From the NCBI GenBank assembly GCA_034435495.1, contig DAOTXO010000066.1, positions 12,436 through 76,435 of the forward strand: a DNA stretch of 64,000 nt, in the 5' to 3' direction. The notes beneath the pieces are model-generated. The model searched no databases and was not told where the DNA came from. It worked only from the letters and a program-made list of their open reading frames with translations. Below, piece by piece: positions 1 through 9,580 of the stretch (the stretch's first letter is position 1; each line of letters starts with the position of its first letter). The stretch is from Anaerolineae bacterium. GTDB taxonomy: Bacteria > Chloroflexota > Anaerolineae > Promineifilales > Promineifilaceae. The translations under genes and the position numbers were made by a program.

Positions 1-438
1 CTTTCCACCGCTGTCATCACTCTGTGGCAAGAAGCGCTGGGGGTGGAGATAGAAGTTCAACTGGTGGAACCATACACCTATCTGGATGAGTTGTACGCCG
101 GCCGCATGGGTCATCTCTTCGTATCTGGCTGGTGCGCCGACTATCCCGACCCGGAGAACTTTCTGGACGTGCTTTTTCACTCCCAGTCATCCCAAAATTT
201 GGGCGGCTATCGCAATCCGGAGCTGGATGCGTTGCTGGAAACAGCGCGCAGCGAACCCGATGTCGAACGGCGGCTGGCGCTGTATCAGACAGTCGAAACA
301 CGCCTGCTGGCCGATGCGCCGGTGGCGCTGATCGCCCATGGACTGACTTCAGTTCTGGTGAAACCGCGCCTGCAGGGGTATATCTTGACCCCGATTGGGG
401 TCACGCAGTGGCAACATGTGGCCCTCACCGGCCCTTAA
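1..438 (+). CDS. ABC transporter substrate-binding protein, family 5 (peptide/nickel type), C-terminal fragment; 5' end lies outside the window
   Basis: Frame 1 is open from base 1 (..WQEALGVEIEVQLVEP..). The C-terminal region (CADYPDPENFLDVLFHS...GYRNPELDALLE...LYQ..E..L..D.P) is typical of OppA/DppA-family solute-binding proteins. Confidence 0.7.
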   Translation, partial: LSTAVITLWQEALGVEIEVQLVEPYTYLDELYAGRMGHLFVSGWCADYPDPENFLDVLFHSQSSQNLGGYRNPELDALLETARSEPDVERRLALYQTVETRLLADAPVALIAHGLTSVLVKPRLQGYILTPIGVTQWQHVALTGP

Positions 439-494
439 ACGGCTAACTGTCTGGTGAGCGGCCGGCGCGCCGGCCGCTGCATGGAGGTTTCGAG

Positions 495-1199
495 ATGTCT
501 TCTGATGCTACCTCTGGGCTCACCTTTCCCGTAGGTTCACAAATCGGTCAGGGGTATCTGGCCCGGCCGGCCGGGGCAGCTCCCTGGCCGGCTGTTGTGG
601 TCATTCAAGAGTGGTGGGGGTTAGATGCCCACATCCGCAGTATTGCCGACAGACTGGCAACGGCCGGCTTTGTAGCCCTAGCCCCTGACCTGTACAACGG
701 CGTGGTGGCGCGGGAGCCAGACGAAGCCCGCAAGCTGGCGATGGCCCTGGAGTGGGATCACGCTCTGGCAGTCATCCAGGGGGCGGTCGATCACTTGATT
801 GGCAGCGGTCTCTCGGCCGCCCCAGTGGTGGGCGTAGTGGGCTTTTGCATGGGGGGCGGGCTGGCCTGGCACGCAGCGGCCAAAGTGCGTCGGATTGGCG
901 CGGCGGCCCCTTTTTACGGTGGCGGGCCCGAACTATCCGCAGCCGAAGTCGCCCGCATTCAGGCCCCCGTCCTGGCGATTTATGGTGAACTAGATCGCGG
1001 CGTCTCACCCGAAGTGGCGCGGCGGCGGGCGCACCTGATGGATCAAGCTGGCGTGCCACACGAAACCATCATCTACCCCGGCGCGCACCACGCCTTCTTC
1101 AACGACACTCGCCCCATCTACAACCCCACCGCCGCTCAGGACGCCTGGCGACGCCTGATAAGCCTTTTCCAACGCACCCTGACACCACATTTTGACTGA
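495..1199 (+). CDS. dienelactone hydrolase family protein
   Basis: 234 aa. Strong RBS (GGAGG, 8 nt, ATG). Motifs GYLARP...PAVVVIQEWWGLD...VGFCMGGG...YPGAHHAF are typical of the DLH family. Confidence 0.8.
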   Translation: MSSDATSGLTFPVGSQIGQGYLARPAGAAPWPAVVVIQEWWGLDAHIRSIADRLATAGFVALAPDLYNGVVAREPDEARKLAMALEWDHALAVIQGAVDHLIGSGLSAAPVVGVVGFCMGGGLAWHAAAKVRRIGAAAPFYGGGPELSAAEVARIQAPVLAIYGELDRGVSPEVARRRAHLMDQAGVPHETIIYPGAHHAFFNDTRPIYNPTAAQDAWRRLISLFQRTLTPHFD

Positions 1200-1360
1200 A
1201 TGATTGTGGCGAGTCCCTGGCGAATGGAGAGAGGCCTATCGTTCTATCATTCCTGGCTCTCCCCATAACGCCTGGCATCGGGTGAGACTGTGTTGGCACA
1301 CCGGCCGCCGACAGGTGTTCCAGCGGCGGCCGGCCCATGGTTCCAAACCACCCCACATGG

Positions 1361-3028
1361 TTACGGTGGCAAGATCATGTTGCAGCTCACGCAGCCTACA
1401 TATTGCGCCGGCGTCCAACAGGCCGGATGCTCTATGCAGGCAGCGCACGCTCTGAAAGCAACCGAAAAAGCCGCGCCTCCATCTGTCTGCACCGGGGAAG
1501 AAAGGTGGAAGGGCAAAAGCTCTCCCGTGTTGGTCGTCACGCTGTAGTGCGCCTCACTCATTGTGTGGGCCCAGTTGAAAATAGGCAGATTGCCATAACG
1601 CCAATCCTGTTTCCCATTAACAGGGAAGTAAGGGTTGTTCTGCAGTTTGTCAATAGAGGTAGAGGCATACCAAAAGTTGGAACCATGCCCCCAGAGGGTG
1701 CCGTTCAAGGAGCCAAAACCCAACATCGGTGGTTCGCCCTCAACGGTAGCAGGGTCGACGTAGATCAAGCTGTTGAGTAAGACATAATGCTTTTCGTGTC
1801 TGGGATTGGGCGGCAAAGGATCATCGATGCCGCCGGTAATGTGTTTCTGGAACCATACCTGACGCTGTTCCGACAACAGCTCAGCGCTGTAGGTGTGAAC
1901 ACCGGTGGGAACAACATGCAGCCGCTTATCGCTCCCCGGTATCGCCTCAAACGTTAAGGCCCCTGTGCCGATGGCGAAAATAGGGTCGCTCCCATTTAAG
2001 AGCATCAAGACAGGGGCGTGTTGATGAGGAGCATAGTGCAACGGATCCAGCTTCGCAATGGCTCCCTGGATATCGGGGTCGGTGGGGAGAAGACCGGCCG
2101 CATAGTATAATGCGTCTGCCAACAAGGAGTTGGGCAAGGTCAAATTCTGGTTCAGATCGCCGGCGGCAACCACAACGATAGCCGCCGATGGGCGGTCATC
2201 CACCGCATTGACCAGATAGGTAGCCAACCCACCAGCTGACCACCCCTCCACCATGATCTGGTCTTGATCCACGAAGGGAATAACCCCCATCAGGGTCAGG
2301 GAACGCATCGCATTATAAGCGTAGGTGGTGAAGTAGTAGGAAAAATCAGGGTTTTCATCATCGGCCGCTGGTGTGAAGAAGCTTTCGAGACACGGCTCCC
2401 CATGTGAGAGGTCGGTCACCAGATCACACATGGAGGCTGGCAGTCCCAGGGCATCGAAGAGATCAGCGCTGACATACAGACCGTAATCAGACAGGTCTTT
2501 GTAACTACTACAGGGCAACTGGCGGACGAAACCGGCGCCGGGAGCGAAAGGGATGACCAACCAGCCCGGGCTGGTTTGGGCAAAATCCTGGAGCGTATCT
2601 GGCAAAACCTGGTTGATGAAGTCCGGGCCTGACCCGGCCGCGGCAGGATAACCATGTAACCAAAGCGTGGCCGGGAGCCACTCTGTCACTGCTCCATCGT
2701 TTGGCGCTGCCACAATGGCATACACTCTCTCGTACCCATACGGATTAACCGGGTTGTTGGTAGGTTGGCCATTGAAACTCACCACATACAGACGATATGT
2801 TTCCAACAAGTTGCCTTCGTCGTCATAGACTGGCATCGAGACCCCTTCGCCGTTCAGCGATTCCGTCGCCAATGTGCTGACATCGCGAATCGCTTCGATA
2901 TCCCAATCCAGGGGCAAGGGATCAACATCCTGACTGGCAGCCTGAGTTCGCGGTGTGATCCAGGCTATCAAGGTCGCCAGGCCGACGCTACACACAACCG
3001 TCAACAAGACATAGCCGAGCTTTTTCAT
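1361..3028 (-). CDS. secreted alpha/beta-hydrolase, PHB-depolymerase/esterase-like (GWSAGG nucleophile motif)
   Basis: 555 aa. N-terminal signal/TM (MKKLGYVLLTVVCSVGLATLIA). GxSxG-type motif MVEGWSAGGLATYL resembles the esterase/PHB depolymerase family. Confidence 0.55.
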   Translation of the reverse strand: MKKLGYVLLTVVCSVGLATLIAWITPRTQAASQDVDPLPLDWDIEAIRDVSTLATESLNGEGVSMPVYDDEGNLLETYRLYVVSFNGQPTNNPVNPYGYERVYAIVAAPNDGAVTEWLPATLWLHGYPAAAGSGPDFINQVLPDTLQDFAQTSPGWLVIPFAPGAGFVRQLPCSSYKDLSDYGLYVSADLFDALGLPASMCDLVTDLSHGEPCLESFFTPAADDENPDFSYYFTTYAYNAMRSLTLMGVIPFVDQDQIMVEGWSAGGLATYLVNAVDDRPSAAIVVVAAGDLNQNLTLPNSLLADALYYAAGLLPTDPDIQGAIAKLDPLHYAPHQHAPVLMLLNGSDPIFAIGTGALTFEAIPGSDKRLHVVPTGVHTYSAELLSEQRQVWFQKHITGGIDDPLPPNPRHEKHYVLLNSLIYVDPATVEGEPPMLGFGSLNGTLWGHGSNFWYASTSIDKLQNNPYFPVNGKQDWRYGNLPIFNWAHTMSEAHYSVTTNTGELLPFHLSSPVQTDGGAAFSVAFRACAACIEHPACWTPAQYVGCVSCNMILPP

Positions 3029-3089
3029 GACACAAATCCTTTGCCAGCGCGATCATGTTCCTGGTCTCCCGGTAACATGATCCGTCTGG

Positions 3090-3539
3090 CTACAACCTGT
3101 GGCCAGCTGAGGGGCCGGCCAGACTATTGCTCTTGCTCTGGAGAGACATGGGAAGGTGCGCGACAAGCTGCTGACGCAACTGTTGCACCTGTTCCTCAAG
3201 GGATTGGGTGAGGTCAGCGCCCCGATGGAGCTGGTTTGTCTGGATGACGTCTAAAATCGCGTCCAGCGCCTGCTCAGCCTCCTCTAACGCCATCTCCGTC
3301 AGCGCAAAGAGAACGGCCTGGAGATAGAGAAACAAGGAGACCCGGAACCCAGGTTGATTCCCCTGTTTCTCCGTTGCTAACCACGCCTGAAACTGATCAA
3401 GCAGCGCCTCTAATTCGTGTTCTGTGGAACTCAGCTTTAACCTGTGCATATCTCTCCCATTTGTTGAAAGCGCCCCCAGACCAGCCAGACTCGCCTGGGT
3501 AACGGGGGCATAGCCACAACGACGGCTAGCTTCTACCAC
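3090..3539 (-). CDS. hypothetical protein (helical, acidic); start probably internal (MHRLKLSS..)
   Basis: ORF sits between two co-oriented genes. I recognise no motifs. Confidence 0.3.
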   Translation of the reverse strand: MVEASRRCGYAPVTQASLAGLGALSTNGRDMHRLKLSSTEHELEALLDQFQAWLATEKQGNQPGFRVSLFLYLQAVLFALTEMALEEAEQALDAILDVIQTNQLHRGADLTQSLEEQVQQLRQQLVAHLPMSLQSKSNSLAGPSAGHRL

Positions 3540-3785
3540 ACTTCTTCAAGCCATAGCTCGCCTCCTTGTCTCAGATGGGCTCTGACAAGCTGCCAGACCT
3601 GCTTTCAGTCTAAGGCAAGGGCGGCCGGCCGGAAAGCGCCCTGGAACGGTAAACCGGAGGCCAGGAAAAAATGGCGATAACTTTTTCCTTGTTATGAGGT
3701 TGTTTTGGATAGCTTCAGGGTGATTTTAGAGCGTAACTTCTAGACTCAGCGGGGTTGCAGGTAGTTTATAGGTCCGATGCCGGGC

Positions 3786-5381
3786 TCAGACTGCCATCTC
3801 ATCCTCCCATATCCTTTGCGCCAGACGCCGCCGCGCTCCACTCAGGTAACGGTGGTAGATTCCGCCGCCGCGCCAGGGCAACTGTATTCCGCTGGCCTGA
3901 CGAATCTCTTTCACCACATGTCGCATGGATTTACCCTCTAAATATTTCATGCGTAGAATAGCATACTCCAACCAGGTATCCGAGACGGTGATGGCCGAGA
4001 CCCCTTCGGGAGTGGGAGATAAGCGGGTCACGTAATCGTGCAGAAAGCGGCGCAACAAATCGGCGCTTTCTTTGTTCGACAGGCTGGTCAGCGCCGGCCG
4101 GCCTTGGGCTGCAGCAAAGCGATGAAAAACATTCAGACGCAACAACATGCTGTCACACAGGCGCTGATCATCGTTGAAGGTCTCGTAGCTGAAAATGCGA
4201 TTGATCTCCGCCTCAATGGTCTCGCGCAGTTGGGTCGGCCCTAATTTGCGGGCAATCTCAGCCAATATGGACTCAGCGTGGGCAATCGCCATCTGCTCAT
4301 TGGGCATGAGCATAATTTCTTGCTGGAGCAAGGTCAGATTCAACATAAAATCCGCCTCCCACTGACGCAAAGTCAGGCGGTTGATGAGCCACTTGTACCA
4401 GCGTAGCGGTGTGGTGGTAAAGATCACCAGAAAGATTAGCACGGGGACGGTCAACAGAGGGAGGCGTTCGTCAGCAAGAGCAAAGATGGCGTGAAACACC
4501 AGTAAGAACCCTACCGCTACCCCCGCCGCTCCGCGCAGGGAGCGAAAAAAGTCCTTGCGTACCACTTTGTTTTCCAGCAGGGCATTGTAGCGCACGACGC
4601 CTTGCCCCACTCCCCACAAGCCAAAAGAAGCAATAAAATGCCCCACCAATTCCGGCAAAGCTGGGTAATAGAGCGAGATAACACTCACAATGGCCCCCAG
4701 GACAAACAACAGAGTGCTGCCCACTAACGAGCGCACGATATGAATTTCTTCTCGATTGTCACCTATATGTCGCAGTTGGCGGTGCAAGACACCGACGCAC
4801 AGGAGCAACACCCCCAACAAATACACCACATACCACCAGGCGGCCGGCCCTAACGGAACAAAATAGGGGAGCCGTAGGGGGCGCAACCAGGGCATCTCAG
4901 ACAGAGCCTCAGCGCTATTGATAGCGGAATAATCAAAGATATGGTCGGTGAATGTGCCTATCAGCATGACCGCCAAACCCCATACCCCCACCAGGTGATG
5001 AGCAGCCCAGCGCCGCCGAGATGGTGACGAGCCAGGCTGCAAGCGAGCGGACATGGTGAGTGTGGTGTGAAACCACAAGAAGATAGCTGTCGGCACCGCC
5101 CACCACGTCAACCGTTGCCACAGAATATAGATGTCAGGCGTCTGGACAGTGAAACGGGCCGCCATGCCAAAGACGAACCAGGCCATGCACGTCATACCCA
5201 GGCCGGCCGAGAGAGCGGGCGGCAATTTTTTCAGTTGTTCGCGGCAGGGCGGGAGCGCCAGACTACGCGAGAGAATGTACAATCCCAACCACTGAAAAAT
5301 ACCCATAGCGATACATTCACCGTAGAACGCTACATAAAAGGCGGTCATGGTTGAACTCCCAACTGAGGATGGAATGGGCAA
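3786..5381 (-). CDS. polytopic membrane protein with C-terminal sigma-70 region-4 / LuxR-like helix-turn-helix
   Basis: 531 aa. The N-terminal ~300 aa contain about 8 hydrophobic helices. The C-terminus (WLEYAILRMKYLEGKSMRHVVKEIRQASGI) resembles the region-4 HTH of sigma-70/ECF or LuxR proteins. Confidence 0.45.
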   Translation of the reverse strand: MPIPSSVGSSTMTAFYVAFYGECIAMGIFQWLGLYILSRSLALPPCREQLKKLPPALSAGLGMTCMAWFVFGMAARFTVQTPDIYILWQRLTWWAVPTAIFLWFHTTLTMSARLQPGSSPSRRRWAAHHLVGVWGLAVMLIGTFTDHIFDYSAINSAEALSEMPWLRPLRLPYFVPLGPAAWWYVVYLLGVLLLCVGVLHRQLRHIGDNREEIHIVRSLVGSTLLFVLGAIVSVISLYYPALPELVGHFIASFGLWGVGQGVVRYNALLENKVVRKDFFRSLRGAAGVAVGFLLVFHAIFALADERLPLLTVPVLIFLVIFTTTPLRWYKWLINRLTLRQWEADFMLNLTLLQQEIMLMPNEQMAIAHAESILAEIARKLGPTQLRETIEAEINRIFSYETFNDDQRLCDSMLLRLNVFHRFAAAQGRPALTSLSNKESADLLRRFLHDYVTRLSPTPEGVSAITVSDTWLEYAILRMKYLEGKSMRHVVKEIRQASGIQLPWRGGGIYHRYLSGARRRLAQRIWEDEMAV

Positions 5382-5595
5382 CAGCTACATCCTCTGTGTG
5401 CGCTTGACACGCTGGCCTCTGGCAGCCATATCCAGAGTCAAAATGACCGACTAGCAACCTTATTTAGACTAACCCCAGAGATAAAGTTGTGTTACTATGG
5501 CATGACATGACCGTCAAGTAAAATTAAGGAATTACCCGGCGTGATGCGCCGATGAGGTCAGAAGGCCATCAGGCCGCCTCGCCAGTGGAGAAAAG

Positions 5596-6297
5596 ATGGT
5601 TCAACACATTCTGGTTGTGGACGACGATGGGTTGATGCGGCGTAGCCTAACGCTGAGTCTGGAACAGGCTGGCTACCGGGCCACGCCGGCCGGCAGCGCT
5701 GAGGCGGCTCTGGCCCTGGCTGAACAAGACCCCCCTGACCTGATTTTGCTCGACATCGGGCTACCCGGCATGGATGGCCTGGAGGCGTTGCGTTATTTCC
5801 GCCAGCAGGTGCAGGCCCCGATCATCTTCGTCACAGCGCGCCGCCGTGAACTGGATACCATTTTGGCGCTGGAAATGGGGGGGGATGATTACATCACCAA
5901 GCCCTTTAACCCGGATGTGTTGTTGGCGCACATCAAGGCTGTGTTGCGTCGCACCGGTGAGACTCCGCCAGCCCGCTCCGCAGCGCTGGTGGTGGATGAT
6001 CTGGTCATTGATCCCGACGCTCACAGTGTGATGCTGGCCGGCCGGCCGGTGGAGTTGGGGGCTAAAGAGTTCGATCTGTTGTTGGCGCTGGCCGAAGCCA
6101 GGGGTCAGGTGGTTCCGGCCGAACAGCTGCTCAACCGCGTGTGGGGAGAAGCGTTCACCGGCGAACCACAAACGCTATACGTGTATATCCGCTGGCTACG
6201 AGAAAAGTTAGAGACGGACACCCAACGTCCCCAACGCATTGTGACCGTGCGCGGCGTCGGCTATCGGCTGGCGTCGCTCCATGAGACATCAGCATGA
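5596..6297 (+). CDS. OmpR-family response regulator (receiver + winged helix)
   Basis: VVDDD...D..LPGMDG receiver motifs. C-terminal winged helix (RVWG...VRGVGYRL). Overlaps the downstream kinase gene by 4 bp. Confidence 0.9.
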   Translation: MVQHILVVDDDGLMRRSLTLSLEQAGYRATPAGSAEAALALAEQDPPDLILLDIGLPGMDGLEALRYFRQQVQAPIIFVTARRRELDTILALEMGGDDYITKPFNPDVLLAHIKAVLRRTGETPPARSAALVVDDLVIDPDAHSVMLAGRPVELGAKEFDLLLALAEARGQVVPAEQLLNRVWGEAFTGEPQTLYVYIRWLREKLETDTQRPQRIVTVRGVGYRLASLHETSA

Positions 6298-7694
6298 ATA
6301 CCTTACGCGGACGTTTTATCCTGAGCCACCTGCTGCCGCTGTTGGTCATCGTCCCGCTGGCCGGGGTGGCGTTGATCTATATTTTGGAAACGCAGGGGGT
6401 GTTGACCGACCTCTCGGCCGAGCTGACCCAACAGGCGAACCAGATCGCCACGGCCGCCAATCAGGCCGGCATCTGGGATGATTCTCAACAGGCGCAAGCT
6501 TTTGTCGCCAGCTACCGCCAGCGTCAGGGCAGCGAGGTGTGGCTTTTGCAGCCCTCCGGTCAACTACTGGCAACCAGCAACCCCGCCGGTCAACCCAAAA
6601 ACAACCGACCCTATAACCTGCCTGACGAGGAAACGTTGCAGGCCAATCCCCAACCCATCCTGGTGGTCATTGAGCGTCAACAGATTGCCCAGGTCTTTGT
6701 GCCGGTGGTGGATGTGAACCAGGAGCTGTTGGGCATTGTCCAGGTGACCCAGGAGTTGGAGAGCGTCTCCTCCCGGTTTGGGCAATTGCGCTGGCTGGTG
6801 TGGGGCGTCCTGGCCGGTCAGCTACTTCTGGGCGGCGGCGTGGGGCTGGTGTTGGCGCTGCGTCTGGAGCGCCCGGTGGAAGCCATCACCAGCGCAGTGG
6901 CGGATATTGCCCTGGGGCAACGGGTGGAAGATGTGCCGGAGACTGGCCCGTTGGAGTTGCGCCGCCTGGCTCAGGCGGTCAACATTTTGTCGGGACGGCT
7001 GAAAACATTGGAAGCGGCGCGACGGCGCTTGCTGGCAAATCTGGTGCATGAACTCGGCCGGCCGCTAGGTGCGATGCGCTCGGCGGTACATGTGTTGCGT
7101 CAAGGAGGAGACACCGACGCCGCCGTGCGCCAGGAGTTGCTGGCCGGCCTGGAGGGGGAGCTGCTGGCGCTGGAACCTCTGCTCGACGATTTAACCCAAC
7201 TCCATCGCCAAACGCTGGCGAGTCGGGAATTGGAACGCCAGCCCACCGACCTAAGTCTGTGGTTGCCGCCCATCCTGCGCCCCTGGCAAGCAGCGGCGCA
7301 GACCAAAGATCTGGTGTGGCAGGCGAATATTCCCTCGGATCTGCCCAGCCTGAAGGTGGACGCCGGCCGCCTGGGGCGCGCCATTGGCAATCTGATGAGC
7401 AATGCCATCAAATACACCCCACCGGGAGGACGAGTGGGGGTGACGGCCGGCTATAGCGACAACCTGGTGTGGGTGCAAGTCAGCGATACGGGTCCCGGCA
7501 TTCCACAAGCGGAACAGGACGCCATCTTCGAACCCTTCTATCGAGGCAGCGCCGAACGCCGCTTTGCCAACGGCCTGGGGTTAGGGCTGACCATTACGCG
7601 TGAGATTGTTCTGGCCCACGGCGGCCAGCTGACCCTGGAAAGCCAGGTGGGCGAAGGCAGTCGCTTCACCCTGTCATTGCCACGGCCAGCGTAA
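6294..7694 (+). CDS. sensor histidine kinase (TM, HAMP, HisKA, HATPase_c)
   Basis: H-box LVHELGRPLGAMRSAV; N-box MSNAIKYT; G-boxes DTGPGIP and GLGLGLTI. Two TM segments flank a periplasmic domain. Confidence 0.85.
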   Translation: MNTLRGRFILSHLLPLLVIVPLAGVALIYILETQGVLTDLSAELTQQANQIATAANQAGIWDDSQQAQAFVASYRQRQGSEVWLLQPSGQLLATSNPAGQPKNNRPYNLPDEETLQANPQPILVVIERQQIAQVFVPVVDVNQELLGIVQVTQELESVSSRFGQLRWLVWGVLAGQLLLGGGVGLVLALRLERPVEAITSAVADIALGQRVEDVPETGPLELRRLAQAVNILSGRLKTLEAARRRLLANLVHELGRPLGAMRSAVHVLRQGGDTDAAVRQELLAGLEGELLALEPLLDDLTQLHRQTLASRELERQPTDLSLWLPPILRPWQAAAQTKDLVWQANIPSDLPSLKVDAGRLGRAIGNLMSNAIKYTPPGGRVGVTAGYSDNLVWVQVSDTGPGIPQAEQDAIFEPFYRGSAERRFANGLGLGLTITREIVLAHGGQLTLESQVGEGSRFTLSLPRPA

Positions 7695-7887
7695 GGCCGG
7701 TCGTTAGCGCTATGCTGAATCTGATACACCTCTAAACTCGCCTTAAACTCCCCATTGCGCTTCCTTAAAGTCATAGCGCACCCAATGCGCTAGACTGTTC
7801 GTATAACTGCGTGACACACTATCTCTTCTGCGCAGGGTCAAGGATGCCAATCTACCCGCCAGAAAAGTTATTCAAGCTGTTACGACT

Positions 7888-9480
7888 ATGCGACTTAAGG
7901 AGCGTCCCATGTCTTTTCGCCCTCGTTTCTTACACGTCATGACCCTGTTGGTCTTTCTCTGGCTGGCGTTGGCCGGGTGCACAGCCGCCAATGTTGCCCA
8001 ACCCGAAGCCGCGGCGCAACCCGCCCTCAGCACAGCCCCGGTTGAATCTGTCGTCAATCAAACGGAGGACTCGCTGGCCGACGTCGCAGCTGTGGATGCC
8101 CTCAGTCAGGCCGCTCTAGCGGGCACACTAACCGACATCTACACCCAGGTCAGTCCCTCGGTGGTACACATTCAAACTGAGAGTGGTGAAGGCTCCGGCT
8201 TTGTGTGGGATACCCAGGGGCACATTGTCACCAACAACCATGTCATCGAAGGGGCAGCGCGCATCATCGTCATCTTTGCCGATGATCGTCAGGCAGCGGC
8301 TGAGGTGGTGGGCACAGACCCTGACAGCGATCTGGCGGTTCTGAAAGTGGACCTGCCGGCCGAAGATTTACAACCCGTTCGCATGGGGGACTCCACCACC
8401 CTGCAGGTGGGGCAATTGGCTATCGCCATCGGCAACCCCTTTGGGCAGGAAGGCACCATGACGGTGGGCATCATCAGCGCCCTGGGGCGTCTCTTGCCGG
8501 TGGATGAGAGCGACCCGACCGCACCGCGCTACAATATCCCGGATGTGATTCAGACCGACGCTGCCATTAACCCCGGCAACTCCGGCGGGGTATTGCTCAA
8601 TGACCAGGGCGAGGTCATCGGCGTCACCTCCGCCATCGTGTCGCCGGTGCGCGCCTCGTCTGGGATTGGTTTCGCCATTCCGGCCGCTATTGTGCAACAG
8701 GTAGCGCCCGCCCTCATCCGCGATGGCTTCTACAACCATCCCTATCTGGGCATCAGCGGGGCCGACCTGACGCCTGAACTGGCGGAAGCTATGGGCCTGT
8801 CAGCTGACCAGCGCGGCGCGCTGGTAATTGAGGTGGTGGATGGGGGGCCGGCCGATCAGGCGGGTCTACGCGGCAGCACACGGCAAATTACGGTCAACGG
8901 ACAAGCCGCCATCATCGGTGGGGATGTCATCACAGCCCTGGATGGGCGGGCCGTGGCAAGCATGGATGATCTCATCGCCTATCTCAGCCGCTATGGGCAG
9001 GCCGGGCAAAATGCGCGCCTGAGTGTGCTACGCGACGGTCAGAACACCACGATTGACATCACCCTGGGGGCGCGCCCCACGGCCGACCGGCCGATCACCC
9101 AATTGCCCACCAAGCCGCTGCCAACCGTCGGGCGCGCTTATCTGGGCATCATTGCCACCAGTGTCACACCCTCTATAGCCGGGGCGTTAGGCCTGCCGGC
9201 CGACCAAACAGGCGTTCTGGTGATAGAAGTGGAAGCGGATGGGCCGGCCGATCAAGCCGGCGTGCGCGGCGGCAACCAGACGGAAACCATCGACGGGCAA
9301 AGCATCACCCTGGGCGGCGACATCATCACGGCTCTGGATGGCGAACCCGTCGGCTCAATGCCCGACCTACAGGCTCTGCTGGCCCTGGCCCGCCCCGGCG
9401 ATGGGGTAACATTGGAGCTGATCCGCGATGGTCAGGAGCTTTCCCTGACAGTAACGCTGGGCGAACGCGCCACGCCCTGA
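7888..9480 (+). CDS. htrA: HtrA/DegP-family trypsin-like serine protease with two PDZ domains, lipoprotein-type signal
   Basis: Lipobox LALAGC. Catalytic triad context (TNNHVI..., DSDLAVLKV, GNSGGVL). Two PDZ repeats (YLGISGADLTPELAEAMGL and YLGIIATSVTPSIAGALGL). Confidence 0.85.
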   Translation: MRLKERPMSFRPRFLHVMTLLVFLWLALAGCTAANVAQPEAAAQPALSTAPVESVVNQTEDSLADVAAVDALSQAALAGTLTDIYTQVSPSVVHIQTESGEGSGFVWDTQGHIVTNNHVIEGAARIIVIFADDRQAAAEVVGTDPDSDLAVLKVDLPAEDLQPVRMGDSTTLQVGQLAIAIGNPFGQEGTMTVGIISALGRLLPVDESDPTAPRYNIPDVIQTDAAINPGNSGGVLLNDQGEVIGVTSAIVSPVRASSGIGFAIPAAIVQQVAPALIRDGFYNHPYLGISGADLTPELAEAMGLSADQRGALVIEVVDGGPADQAGLRGSTRQITVNGQAAIIGGDVITALDGRAVASMDDLIAYLSRYGQAGQNARLSVLRDGQNTTIDITLGARPTADRPITQLPTKPLPTVGRAYLGIIATSVTPSIAGALGLPADQTGVLVIEVEADGPADQAGVRGGNQTETIDGQSITLGGDIITALDGEPVGSMPDLQALLALARPGDGVTLELIRDGQELSLTVTLGERATP

Positions 9481-9500
9481 TCCCCTCTTGAGGCCCGACA

Positions 9501-9541
9501 AAACCCTTACCCTCACGCCGGTAACCGGCGTGAGGGTTTTG
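9501..9541. terminator. bidirectional rho-independent terminator between convergent htrA and trkH
   Basis: aaaaccc tta CCCTCACGCCGG taa CCGGCGTGAGGG tttt: perfect 12-bp stem, 3-nt loop, with A-tract and T-tract on either side. Confidence 0.65.
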
Positions 9542-9580
9542 CCTGCCCGATAGACCTGGTCAGCTCACCAGATGGATGGG

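Noticed and set aside
1200-1360. Inverted repeat CCGGCCGCCG...CGGCGGCCGG between the convergent DLH and esterase genes
   Set aside because: GC-rich stem without a flanking U-tract, and built from the ubiquitous GGCCGG-type motif. Not convincing as a terminator.
6303-7508. Multiple 60-120-aa antisense ORFs across the histidine kinase, and similar ones across most genes
   Set aside because: Typical of high-GC DNA. No RBS, no homology, and they overlap genes that have clear domain signatures.
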